DNA of 64,000 bases from the human T2T-CHM13v2.0 reference genome, Homo sapiens. How positions within the stretch are numbered: the stretch's first letter is position 1; every line of letters begins with the position of its first letter. The stretch lies in NCBI RefSeq assembly GCF_009914755.1, contig NC_060932.1; one strand, 5' to 3'. The notes beneath the pieces are model-generated. The model was given only the letters and a program-made list of their open reading frames with translations, was not told the origin of the DNA and made no database searches. A program made the translations under genes and the position numbers. Shown here piece after piece: positions 12,946-29,790 of this stretch.

Positions 12946-14539
12946 ACAAATGTAAGTAAAAACTCACTGAAGGTGTAGGGAAAATGGTGTTGACCTAAGT
13001 CACTTTGAAAATGAATAGAATCTGTAAGCTGAAGGCAAATCAACTATACTTCATCCTTGGATTCCATTTTACAAAGTTCTTTCCAACAGAAGCAACTGTG
13101 AACAACTGTAAAACCACAGTGTCTGTATCTGGAATAAAACAATGACTTACATTAAGTCGCAGATGGTGGGAACCAGGTTTCTCACTGTTGAAGTGGGAGG
13201 TTACAGATTAGCAAGGCGACAAGGCTAGAATAATTCATGTGATAGTAGATCAGAGGTGGAGACATAAACGTAAACTTATGTTTAGTTTAATATAGATACA
13301 CACAGTTCTACATAGAAAACTTTATAATTAGGTGTGTATAGGTAGGTTAGACACACACATATACTTCCTAGCATTACTAATGAGGGACAAGATACAATGT
13401 GCTCTTTCAGCAGCCAGACGTAAGTTTTCCTACCATTCTGAAAGGAATCAGGCTCCTTGAAGAAATGTCTGATACTAGAACTGGGAGAGTAAATATAGGA
13501 GCCAGGATAATCTGGAAGTATCAGAAAGTAAGTAAGTACTAAAAAAATTAAAATATATCAAAGAAAAATAAGAGCCAATAAAAAAAAGCTACCGATTGCC
13601 AACACAGGAATGAATTGTGCAACATAACGCTGCAGGGTTGAATAATAGCTAAAGCTTAAAGTAATTATCTAGGTGTCTGTATTTGTATGCATAGGTGAAT
13701 AAGCAAATGGAGTTGCATAGAAATCTCCTTTGCAAAAGAATTCCAACCCTAACCTGACAAACAGTAGCTCTGCAAAATGATCCAAGTGAATATCAAAGGT
13801 AACAGTTCACCTTGAGAACATGAAGTGACAATGAGGGACATTCTACAAAATGCCTGACCAATCCTCCTCAGTACTATGAAGGTCACCTGAGATGGAAAGC
13901 CTGACACACTGTCACAGCCAGGAAGAGCCCACATGATGACTACATGTCATGCGGGATCCTGGATGGGATCCTGGATCAGAGTAAGACACATCTAAGGGAA
14001 TCCAAATGAAATATGAACTTTAGTCTATCAGTATTGGTTCATTAACTGTGACAAATTGTGTAAGATATTAATAAGCCATGTGAGACACACTAATAGAAGA
14101 TGTTAATAAGAGAGGAAACTAGGTTGCGGCTACATGGGAAATCTTTTTTTTTTTTTTTTGACAATTTCTGTGTAAGTAAAAAGATGTAAAATAAAGCTTT
14201 ATTTAAAACACTGTTTTTTGAACACTTCCTTGTTTAATTATTTATACCATGAATTACTAGTAATTGACACTGTTAACTAGTCCTATTTTTTTAAATAAGA
14301 GCATTTATGACACAAAAAATTAAACAGTGCAGACTGACATATAAATCAAAACAAATGTTCTTTACATGTTTTCTGTTACTGTAGTAACACACATGTGTAA
14401 ACTTAATTCTCATATTTTTTTCTTGTGCTGTGGTTGTGTCCTGGGTTCATTCTCTAAAATGCTGTTCACCTTAGACCAGGAAAAATATTAACCTTACAGA
14501 CTCTGTTTCAATTCATAGCCAAATATTTTCACAAGAGTG

Positions 14540-14985
14540 ACTTTGTAAAAATATGTTCCAATGGCAAATTGATTCATTGTGATGGGATCACTTATTCCGA
14601 AGACTTCCTGTCTTTATTTTGTTGCCATGCCTACCTTTTAGCCATAATACAGCAGAATCAAATATTGCTCACTGGGAAAAAATATTCAAAGAAAGAAAGA
14701 ATGTGGACAGAACTTATGACCATGATGATTCAATGTTTTACCACAATGCTATCTAAAACAGAAGAGTGTAAAAGGATATTCAAAGTCAATCTCCTCAGTG
14801 AGGCTTTGCAGAAAATGAGGAAACTAGAAAAACAAAAATGGCGGGACATTCTACGGGTGATTTTACATGTTGCTATGTTTTATGGGAAAAAAATACTTTA
14901 CCTTTTAAAGAATCACTAAGAATTATTGGAAACCCAAATTCTGGGATGTTTGCAAATTTAGTTGAACTTCTATGCAATTATGTCT
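14540..14985 (+). mobile_element. Fossil hAT-Tip100 (Zaphod/Arthur1-like) transposase fragment
   Basis: Frameshifted peptides TYSEDFLSLFCCHAYL, EKQKWRDILRVILHVAMF and KNTLPFKESLRIIGNPNSGMFANLVELL resemble the TTF-type zinc finger and DUF4371 (..LAFRG...N.GNFL.L.ELL) regions of hAT transposases and ZMYM1/THAP12-like proteins. Confidence 0.65.
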
Positions 14986-15081
14986 ATATAGGTAGCCACG
15001 AAGTTGATGATTTTTTAAAAATCTGTGCCTTATTTGTGTAATAAAATACACAATGAATAATTAATACTCATAGGAAAACCT

Positions 15082-15527
15082 TATGAAGGGAAAATAAATC
15101 TTGGGGACCCAAAATCACTAAGCTAAAGGGAAAAGTCAATCTGGGAACTGCTTAGGGCAAATCTGCCTCCCATTCTATCCAAAGACACCCACCTGCTCAC
15201 CGAGATAAATGCATACCTGATTGCCTCACGTGGAGAGGGTAATCAGCAATGCAAAAGAATGAAATCGTTTGTCTCTTACCTACCTATGACCTGGAAGCCC
15301 CCTGTCTGGCCTTCTCACCTTTCTGGACTGAACCAATGTACATCTTACACATACTGATTGATGTCTCATGTCTCCCTAAAGTGTGTAAGACCAAGCTGTG
15401 CCCCGAACACCTTGGGCCCATGTTGTCAGGACCTCCTAAGGATGCATCATGGGCGCACATCCTCAAGCTTGGCAAAATAAACTTTCTAAAAAATCTGAGA
15501 GCCGTCTCAGATATTCAGGGTTGACAC
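15082..15527 (+). mobile_element. MER4A-like ERV1 solo LTR
   Basis: gaagggaaaataaatcttggggacccaaaatcactaagctaaagggaaaagtcaa start; aataaa near 15476; ends ..gttgaca. Confidence 0.65.
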
Positions 15528-16216
15528 ATGTAATGTAGGATGTCAATGTTTATAAAACAGACATTATTCTATCTACTATTAGAAATATGCTGCCAATTAA
15601 CCTTAAACTTTCTCAACAAAATAAAAAATGTTGAGGTACAAATAATACATCTAAGCTTAAGTGGTGTTGCAAGTTTTAATACGCCTACTTTTCAATTTTT
15701 CAATACTATTTTTACTAATTTAACACTATAAGAAAAATGAGTAATTAAAACAAGAATAAAAGTGTTTACAGGGGGTGCACATGTTTCCTCCAGCCTCTGC
15801 CCAACCCCAGCTTTCATCCCAACTGTCCTGATGGTGGCTCTAAGCATTTCTCCTTTCTCTATACCAAGATCTCTCCCCAGAAACAAACCCAAATCTTACT
15901 GTATGTTATGGCACGTTATGATGATGAGCAGTGATGAGCAGCCGAAGCCTCAAGGAAGGGATGCTTTTGTAAAACAAGACTTGTGGAATGTAACATGTGA
16001 AAGTAAAGCCCATGGCAGAGCTCCCTCCTCAGCACACGGGGAGCAGACAGGAAGTTTTTCCTCACCTTCCTCAATGGCCTGCAGCCACGTCTCCCCAGGT
16101 CAGTCTTAAGGACAACGAAACTCTGGTCTTCACTGTGGACACGCCACACTACCAGGTGCTCCAAAGCCATGGTGACCCGTCCTCGGGTGGGTCCTGAGGA
16201 GAAAAAAGCTCTGGTT

Positions 16217-16401
16217 CTAATCCTAACCCTAACCCTGTCCCAAGACTTTGACCCTGAATCTAAATCCTGATCCCTACCCTGGTCCCTAATTCTGACCCTA
16301 ACTTTGACCCTGACTTTGATCTTGACCCTGACCATGACCCCACCTCTAAGCATACTTCTGGCCCTGACTCTGACCCAGATCCTAATCCTATCCCTAACCC
16401 T
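16217..16401. repeat. Degenerate interstitial telomeric sequence (CCCTAA/CCCTGA-derived)
   Basis: 6-bp periodic ccctaa/ccctga/ctttga units in the same orientation as the terminal telomere. Confidence 0.85.
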
Positions 16402-17216
16402 ATTATTATCTTTACAATCTATGTCTAATCTTACTGTCTAGTGCTAAATAGCTGTACCCGAAAGCACTTTTAAATTATTTAACTTCTTTTCCTTGAATTC
16501 TCTAAGGACATCCTAAAGGAGATGTCATTATGTATTTTGCATTCCCTCTGAGTGGTATGGCTTCACATATGAAGTTCTAATACTTTGCAAGACATAAAAT
16601 GTTTGGAGGGTAACAGCACTGGGTTGTTAGGGATGTATGTTGGCATTCATGATAGATTTTCCTTAAAATAAGAACAAATGGCTTGAGTAGGCTTTTGGAA
16701 TGTAGGATGTTTCCGTTGGTTCATTTCTGTGTTCAGTATTCCCACATGAATCTAAACATGACTCTGCTCTTAGTAGCTGTGCGACCCTGGGAAAGTCACT
16801 CAATCTCCCTCAGCTAAATTTTGTTGTGTGTGTAATGAGAAGAGAGTTGTGATTTGTATTTAGTGAATAATAACAAACAAAAGGGATTTAGCTTTCTGGA
16901 ACCTGGTATGTAGTAGAACCTCATGGAAATACTAGCTCTGTTAATAAAACTAGCCCAAAACAAGGTTTCAAGGTCAACAACAGTATCAGGCAGTGAAGGA
17001 CATAGACGAGAAGCTGCTTCTGCAGCCTGTAGCTCCTGGAGGCCCATTTTGTCCATGATTTAGCAGGAACGCACTACCTTTCCATGAGGAGAAACTGCCC
17101 ACAGAAACCAACGCCATTCTTTGAAGACAAACATGTCTTAATAGCCTTTACATTAAGTAATAGTGTAATATAAATAATAATTTGTTATTAGTAATAATGT
17201 GAAATTATTTACACTA

Positions 17217-17391
17217 CCCTAACCCCTAACCCTACCCCTACCCCTACCCCTAACCCCTAACCCTTAACCCTAACCCCTAACCCTAACCCCTAACCCCTAA
17301 CCCTAACCCCTAACCCTAACCCCTAACCCCTAACCCTAACCCCTAACCCTAACCCTAAACCCTAAACCCTAAACTGTAAACCCTAAACCCT
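17217..17391. repeat. Interstitial telomeric sequence, (CCCTAA/CCCCTAA/CCCTAAA)n
   Basis: About 175 bp of well-preserved telomere units, joined directly to a 5'-clipped Alu at 17392. Confidence 0.95.
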
Positions 17392-23215
<5,824 letters not shown>

Positions 23216-23605
23216 AAGAAAAAGGAAATGCATGGGACGAAGTGGCATATCCTGAAATGAGGACTTTCCTTCTGGACTGGGGTTTCCGATGAAGGTGACA
23301 GTTTATCCTTCAGTCTCCACAGGTCACGAATTTGCCGTCCACCAAGAGGCAACAGAGGGAGCCCCGCCAAGTCCCATGCCAGAACTATGACATAATCACA
23401 TTCCCTCACTCATTTCAGTACCTAAATATTAATAATTCATCAGCTTAAACATCTACACTTACTTTACCAATTTTCCATTGTATAGATGAAGAGGTTTCCA
23501 AATTTTATATAGGTTGTCATGATGTGGACAGGACTTTTTGATAGTTAACTATAGCGAATGACTAAAATATAAGTGTTTAAACCTAAAATACCTTGTAACT
23601 GTTAA

Positions 23606-23782
<177 letters not shown>

Positions 23783-24177
23783 TGAGCAGCTGGGACTACA
23801 GGTGCATGCCACCACACCAGGCTAATTTTTGTATTTTTAGTAGAGATGGGATTTCACCATCTTATCCAGGCTGGTCTCGAACTCCTCACATCAGGTGATC
23901 TGCCTGCCTCAGCCTCCCGAAGTGCTGGGATTACAGGAGTGAGCCACTGCACCCAGCCCTCTTCTGCAATTTCAATAATCAATTGTGCTATTTGTCTTTC
24001 TTTCAGCAATGAGATTTTATTTTTCTTTCCTAATTATTTCAAACATGAACTTTGGTTCCAGAGAACTAGTATTTCCTTGATTTATAAATTGAGGGCAGCT
24101 GGGCACGGTGGCTCAGGCCTGTAATCCCAGCACTTTGGGAGGCCAAGGCAGGCAGATCACTGGAGGTCAGGAGATCA

Positions 24178-24423
<246 letters not shown>

Positions 24424-25799
24424 CTAATAATGAATTATTTTTTTGTCTTTAGAAAATCAACATTAACTTTTCTACTTTTAGATATCGTAATTGCTGTGAC
24501 TTGAAGGACTTATCTAGAAAAAGCCTTAAAAAACTACGGTCAGCACTGGGTGAATGGGTTGAGGGAACCCACATAAAATCCCCAAGACACCTGGGAGTCC
24601 ATGTCCCCATGAGTGGGACTGCAGGCAGCTGTAGCAGACTGGATGGGAGAGGACAGCAGGCAGGAGAACTCGGTGTCTGGAGTCCACGGTTCTAAGGCCA
24701 GTGAAAACCACTGGCAAAGTGAAATCCGAAGCTTGACAGGATGAAATTTGTGATTGTAAATGAATATTTGCCATTTCCAAGTGAGATCGCCAGTGGTGGT
24801 GGGATGGACGGGTGCTCCTCCAAGTGGGCTGCAGTGAGGAGAGCGCGGCACCACGCCAGGATGCTCCTGCCAGGAACACAGGATCTGCACACGTTTAGGA
24901 GGAAACGCTGGGCAGACCCAGCTTGGAGTCATCTCTGCTCTTTACATCTGTTAAGGCTGTGAAAACTGAGAGTCGGCCGGATGCAGTGGTTCACGCCTGT
25001 AATCCCAGCACACTGGGATGCTGAGGCGAATGGATCACCTGAGGTCAGGAGTTCAAGACTAGCCTGGCCAACATGGTGAAACCCCATCTCTACTAAAAAT
25101 ACAGAAAATTAGCCGGGTGTGGTGGTAGGTGCCTGTAATTACAGCTTATCGGGAAGCTGACGCAAAAGAATATCTTGAACATGGGAGGCAGACGTTGCAA
25201 TGAGCAGAGATGGCGCCATTGCACTCCAGCCTGGGTGACAGAGGGAGACTCCCTCAAAAAAAACAAAAAACAAAAAACAGAACACTGAGTCTCAGGAACA
25301 GTTCCCGAGAAGGAAAATTGGGCCCGCATGGAAATAGACATTTTTCTCCCACCTAGGGCAGGGAGTGAAGTGAAATAGGTCTGTGGAGTGGACTTTCACA
25401 TAGAAACCATGTATTTCCTAAATTGGGGGTTACTTGGGGATCACCTGGAGGAGTATTCCTGGTTTTGGTGAAACACACGGGGGTATTTTTTGTGAAGCTG
25501 CAAATCTGGCACAGCAATAACGGCTGGGGAACTGGAGATCAAGGAGAAGGCATACTAAGTGCTGTTGCAAGTTTCCCAGAAGTATGACATTATTGGGAAG
25601 TAAACTACTTTTTAAAACAACCGTGGCAATACCACGTCAGTAAGCCAGAGACAACACCATGAAGTTTCATGACAGAGGCCAAATGCAGCCCAAACCCAGC
25701 CCAGCAGAGGCTGTCAACTCAGCGCCCCAGCGAGAGCCGGAAGGTTCCATCCTCAGAGCTGCAGACCCTCTCGTGTGGGCTGCAAAGGCCATGTCTGCA

Positions 25800-26045
25800 T
25801 CCCGGGCGGTATGTACGCTCTGAGAGATACATGCGTGTTCCGGGGGTTATATGAGTGTGACGGGTGTGGCGTGAGTCTGACTGTGTCACGGGCGTTCCAG
25901 GGGTTACGTGTGTGCTCTGAGGGACACATGCGTGTTCCGGGGGTTATATGAGTGTGACGGCTGTAGCGTTAGGTGACGATGTCATCTCCGCGTTCCAAGC
26001 GTTATGTGCGCACTGAGGGACACATCCACGTTCCCGGGGTTGGAT
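25800..26045. repeat. Short ~95-100-bp tandem repeat (~3 units)
   Basis: ctctgag(a/g)gacacatgcgtgttccgggggttatatgagtgtgacgg recurs at ~25818 and ~25915, and in degenerate form at ~26011. Confidence 0.8.
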
Positions 26046-26169
26046 GTGGAAGGCAGCTACCCCGACGGGTGTGCTCTCTGCATACGACGGGTGCTAACAC
26101 TAGCATCACAGATGCAGTGTTATTAGCACTACAGAGGTTATTGTCAGTGTGGCGGGTGTTCTAGTTGCT

Positions 26170-27990
26170 TTCCTGACACTACATTTCTGTTCCAAGACCG
26201 CAGCTTGGCCCTGTGGCCGCCTCGCCTTGGGTGTGGAGAATGAACCTCGAGTGCGCTGGATTCACAGGGGATTTTGGTTTCTAATTTTCCACATGAAGGG
26301 TCTCTACCCCTCAGCAGTCAGGGCTGAAAACAGGAAGGATTTTACTCAACCATGGACGCCGCCGGCTCAAGGTGTCCCAAAGCGAGGGGCGTTTCCTGGT
26401 ATGTGCTGAGGAGAACGCGGCTCCCGCCCTTGCAGGGTGCAGGCGCGGAGGAAGCGTGCGGGATGCGGCCGCCTCAAGGCTCAGAAAAGCCGGGCTCGCG
26501 CGTGCTCTGCTGGCGGCCGGGGGCACTGCAGCGCCCTAGAGCTCAAGGCACTGTCGGAAGCTGAGCGCCCTCTGCTACCCCTCCTGCTGCACCAACTAAA
26601 AGACAGCATGGAGTGTTCGGCGCCATCATTCTAGAAATGCAAACTGACACAGAGCCCATTAGCCCGTGAGTTTCTAAAAATGCAGAAGGGACAATTAATT
26701 GGAAACCATAGGAAATGAAATCAACATGAATGCACATTTTACAACTTATGCAAAAAGTCACTCAACATAGTCCTCAGACTTAAAATGCAAAACCGTCAGA
26801 GGCCTCTTAACCACAGTGACTTTATTTCAAATAAAGGCTTTTAAAAAGTTAAATCTGGGCAGGGTGCAGTGGTCACATCTGTAATCCCAGCACTTTGGAA
26901 GGCCAAGGCGGGTGGATCACTTGAGATCAGGAGTTGAAGACCAGCTTGGGCAAATAGCAAGACCCTTATGTCTACAAAAAATATATATATATATATTAGA
27001 TGGCATGCTTGCACATACCTGTAGTCCCAGCTACCCAGGAGGCTGAAGCGGGAGGATTGCTTGAGCCCAGGAGTTCGAGGCTGCAATGAGCCAGCCATAA
27101 TCGCACCACTGCACTCCAGCCTGGGCGACAGAGTGAGACCCTGTCTCTCTCTCTCTGTCACACACACACACACGTTAAATTTGTTGGATTATATATTTCG
27201 GGGGTTGAGCACTTTTCGTTATAAAATATTTATGATTGTGGGAACAAGTTAATAAAGACATGAAAGTTATTTAAATGTCCCAGAACTTTAAGAACAAAAA
27301 GCATTCTTAGTTTAAAAATAAGTTTTACTTTAAAGGTAACAGTACACACATAAATTGTTGTTAAAATCGACAGTAACAAAGAGAAGTAACAATACTAATA
27401 GCCTGTCACAAACTGATTCTTAATAACCTATATAAACAAACATTAAGCCCGGGCGCCGGGTGGCTCATGCCTGTTATCCCAGCACTTTGGGAAGCCGAGG
27501 CAGGCAGATCACTTGAGGCCAGCAGTTCCAGACCAGCCTGACCAACATGGTGAAGCCCAGTCTCTACCAAAAACACAAAAAATTAGCCGGGTATATTGGC
27601 ACGCACCTGTAATCCCAGCTACTTGGGAGACTGAGGCAGGAGAATCCTTGAACCCAGGAAGCAGAGGTCGCAGTGAGGCGAGACCATGCCATTGTGACAG
27701 GAGAGAAACTCTGTCTCAAAAAAAAATTATATGTTTACAACAGGTGCATTTCTCCTCTTGCTTTCTGAGGACGCCCTGCTATGTAGCTGAGTAGTCACTA
27801 ATAAACTATCTTAACTTCACTATACTCTGTGACTTGCCAAAAGGTCTTTCCCATGTGAAATCCAAAAACCTGTTCTTGGGGTCTAGGACAAGACCCATTT
27901 TATAATGACAAAACTATACAAATTCTAGAGGGAAACATAGAAAGAAAGCTATGTGACCTTGCGTTTGGCCATGAGTTTTAACACGACACT
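26170..27990 (+). other. Internal diverged copy of the terminal TAR1 + L1M block
   Basis: 26180-26430 aligns by eye with 2570-2880; 26645-26793 plus 27911-27990 align with 4860-5085. Confidence 0.8.
26794..27910 (+). mobile_element. MER41-like ERV1 LTR containing two Alus (~26856-27150, ~27446-27725)
   Basis: Starts (c)gtcagaggcctcttaacca and ends ..cttggggtctaggacaagacccattttataatgaca. A 4-bp TSD aaac lies at 26790-26793 and 27911-27914. Confidence 0.7.
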
Positions 27991-28619
27991 ATCAGAGGCA
28001 TTTGAACCCCTCCTCTATATGAACTCCAGGGTGGTTTATGTTCCATTGGCTAAGAGAAAGTTTTCTTCAAAAATGTGACATGATTTGAGGTCAAACATTA
28101 ATATCAAGTAAACTCAAAAGATTGAGAAGCTAGCATTAGTTCTGGGAAAACCAGAAGTGTGCCTTTTTTGGAAATAATCATTGGTAGCACAAACTTAAGA
28201 ATCTCCAAAGGAAATAAAAATGAGTTATTAACTTACAGTTTTCACCAATTAAGATATAAATGAAGCTAACGAAATCCGGAAATACAATTTCACTGTTTTT
28301 AATGTTCATTAAAAAAAAATCCTTATCAAATAGCCCCAGTAAGTCACCAATTAAGTCTTTACTACTTAAAAGCAAAATCCACCTATGTCCTGAACAGTAT
28401 CCACTTTACGAGCCTCATTATATGTACAGGAGATAAAATTCAGAAATAAATAAATATACATGTATACGTATACAAATATATTTCAAATTAAAAAATACTT
28501 TTAGATAGTGGTATGTATTACATTTAGAAATTAATAACGAAGTAAATTATGGGATGTCATCCACGCCTGTCCCAAAGGTACCGAATTTATAAATCATCTC
28601 AGGTGCGGAGCAGGACAGG

Positions 28620-29790
28620 TTGAAAATAGGAATGACATGAACCCGCGCGGAACAGCTGCCGGCACGGTGTCCAGGGCGGCACCCCGCCCGGTCCCGGCCC
28701 CTCCAGCCCTGGGCCCGACCCCTACTACGCCTCTGCCTCGACGCGAACGCGGAGCCCGAGCGCGCGTCACGCCGTGTGGGGCCGAAGAGGCTGCTACCCA
28801 GAGGCGGAGTGCGGGCTCGCGAGGGTCCCCACCCGACTCTCGCTCCCGCCAGCACCTACGGACTCGCGTCCCCGCCGCGCGCCGACTCGGGAGCAGCACC
28901 GCCCCCGGCACAGGAGCCTCACGCGCCTCTTACCTAACAGGAAGTTGGGTGGAAGCAGCGCGGACCCACGGCACACCGAACGCACTCCAACAGAACCCGA
29001 CGCAGACACGCGCTTTCAACCGGCGGAGACACTGGCAGGGCCAGAAACGCGCGCAGCGGGGGCGGGAGGTCGGTAAGCTCCCCGCCCCTGCCCGAGACCC
29101 CGCCCCGGCCCGGCCCCGCCTTTTTCTCTGCCTCCCCTCCCTGCACGTACGGGCCCCGCCCCTCGCGCGACGTTTTTTGTTGACCCGGAAACGGATTCTC
29201 CGGAGCCGAGGTCCGCTCGGGTGAGTGCCCTCCGCTTTTTGTGGCCAAACCCAGCCACGCAGTTCCCTTCCTGCGGCGTCCTCCACACCCGGGGTCTGCT
29301 GGTCTCCGCGGATGTCACAGGCTCGGCAACCGCCCTCCTGTCGGCGGGGAGTCCCGCGACGCCCGGAAATGCTCCGAAGCCTGTCGCCCAGCTGCCAGAT
29401 CTGCGTCTGTGTCCGGTTCCGTCACTGAGGTCGCCCCTGTCCGGCCCTTCCACCCTAGTTCTCTTCACCGTCCGCCCATCCTATCGCGCGCGGCCTCAGG
29501 TCCCGATTCGGCATGTGGCTTGTCTTCCATCGTCCCCACCCTCGCCCCTCTTGGCCCCTCAGGGCAGCCCTGGGATTCGGCAGACGCCAGTCCTCCCTGA
29601 GATGCTTCCCCGTCCTTCCCTCCGCCAGGCCCTACGTCTCCGCAAACCCCACGCTTCGGGGTGGCCGCCTCAGACAGGACCCTGAGTCCGAGACTGGGGT
29701 AGGGGACCTGCCCGATCCTGTAACAACCCTCGTGCTTCCGCACAATCGCCTCCAACTAGCGGTGACTGTTGGGTGTTTACCTTCCCGGTG
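28620..29790. promoter_or_regulatory. CpG island, probable bidirectional promoter of ZNF596 (+) and the RPL23AP53 host transcript (-)
   Basis: High CpG density; GC boxes at ~29058, 29099, 29113 and 29153; ETS-type ccggaa at 29185. Plus-strand donor cgg|gtgagt at 29220/29221; minus-strand donor (cttac|ctaac) at 28933/28934. Confidence 0.85.
29160..29220 (+). other. ZNF596: ZNF596 non-coding exon 1 (5' end uncertain)
   Basis: Ends at the strong donor gtccgctcgg|gtgagt inside the CpG island. Confidence 0.65.

Noticed and set aside
24500-24960. Unique-looking segment with overlapping 117- and 130-aa minus-strand ORFs
   Set aside because: No recognisable protein family, splice structure or TSD; could not be supported.
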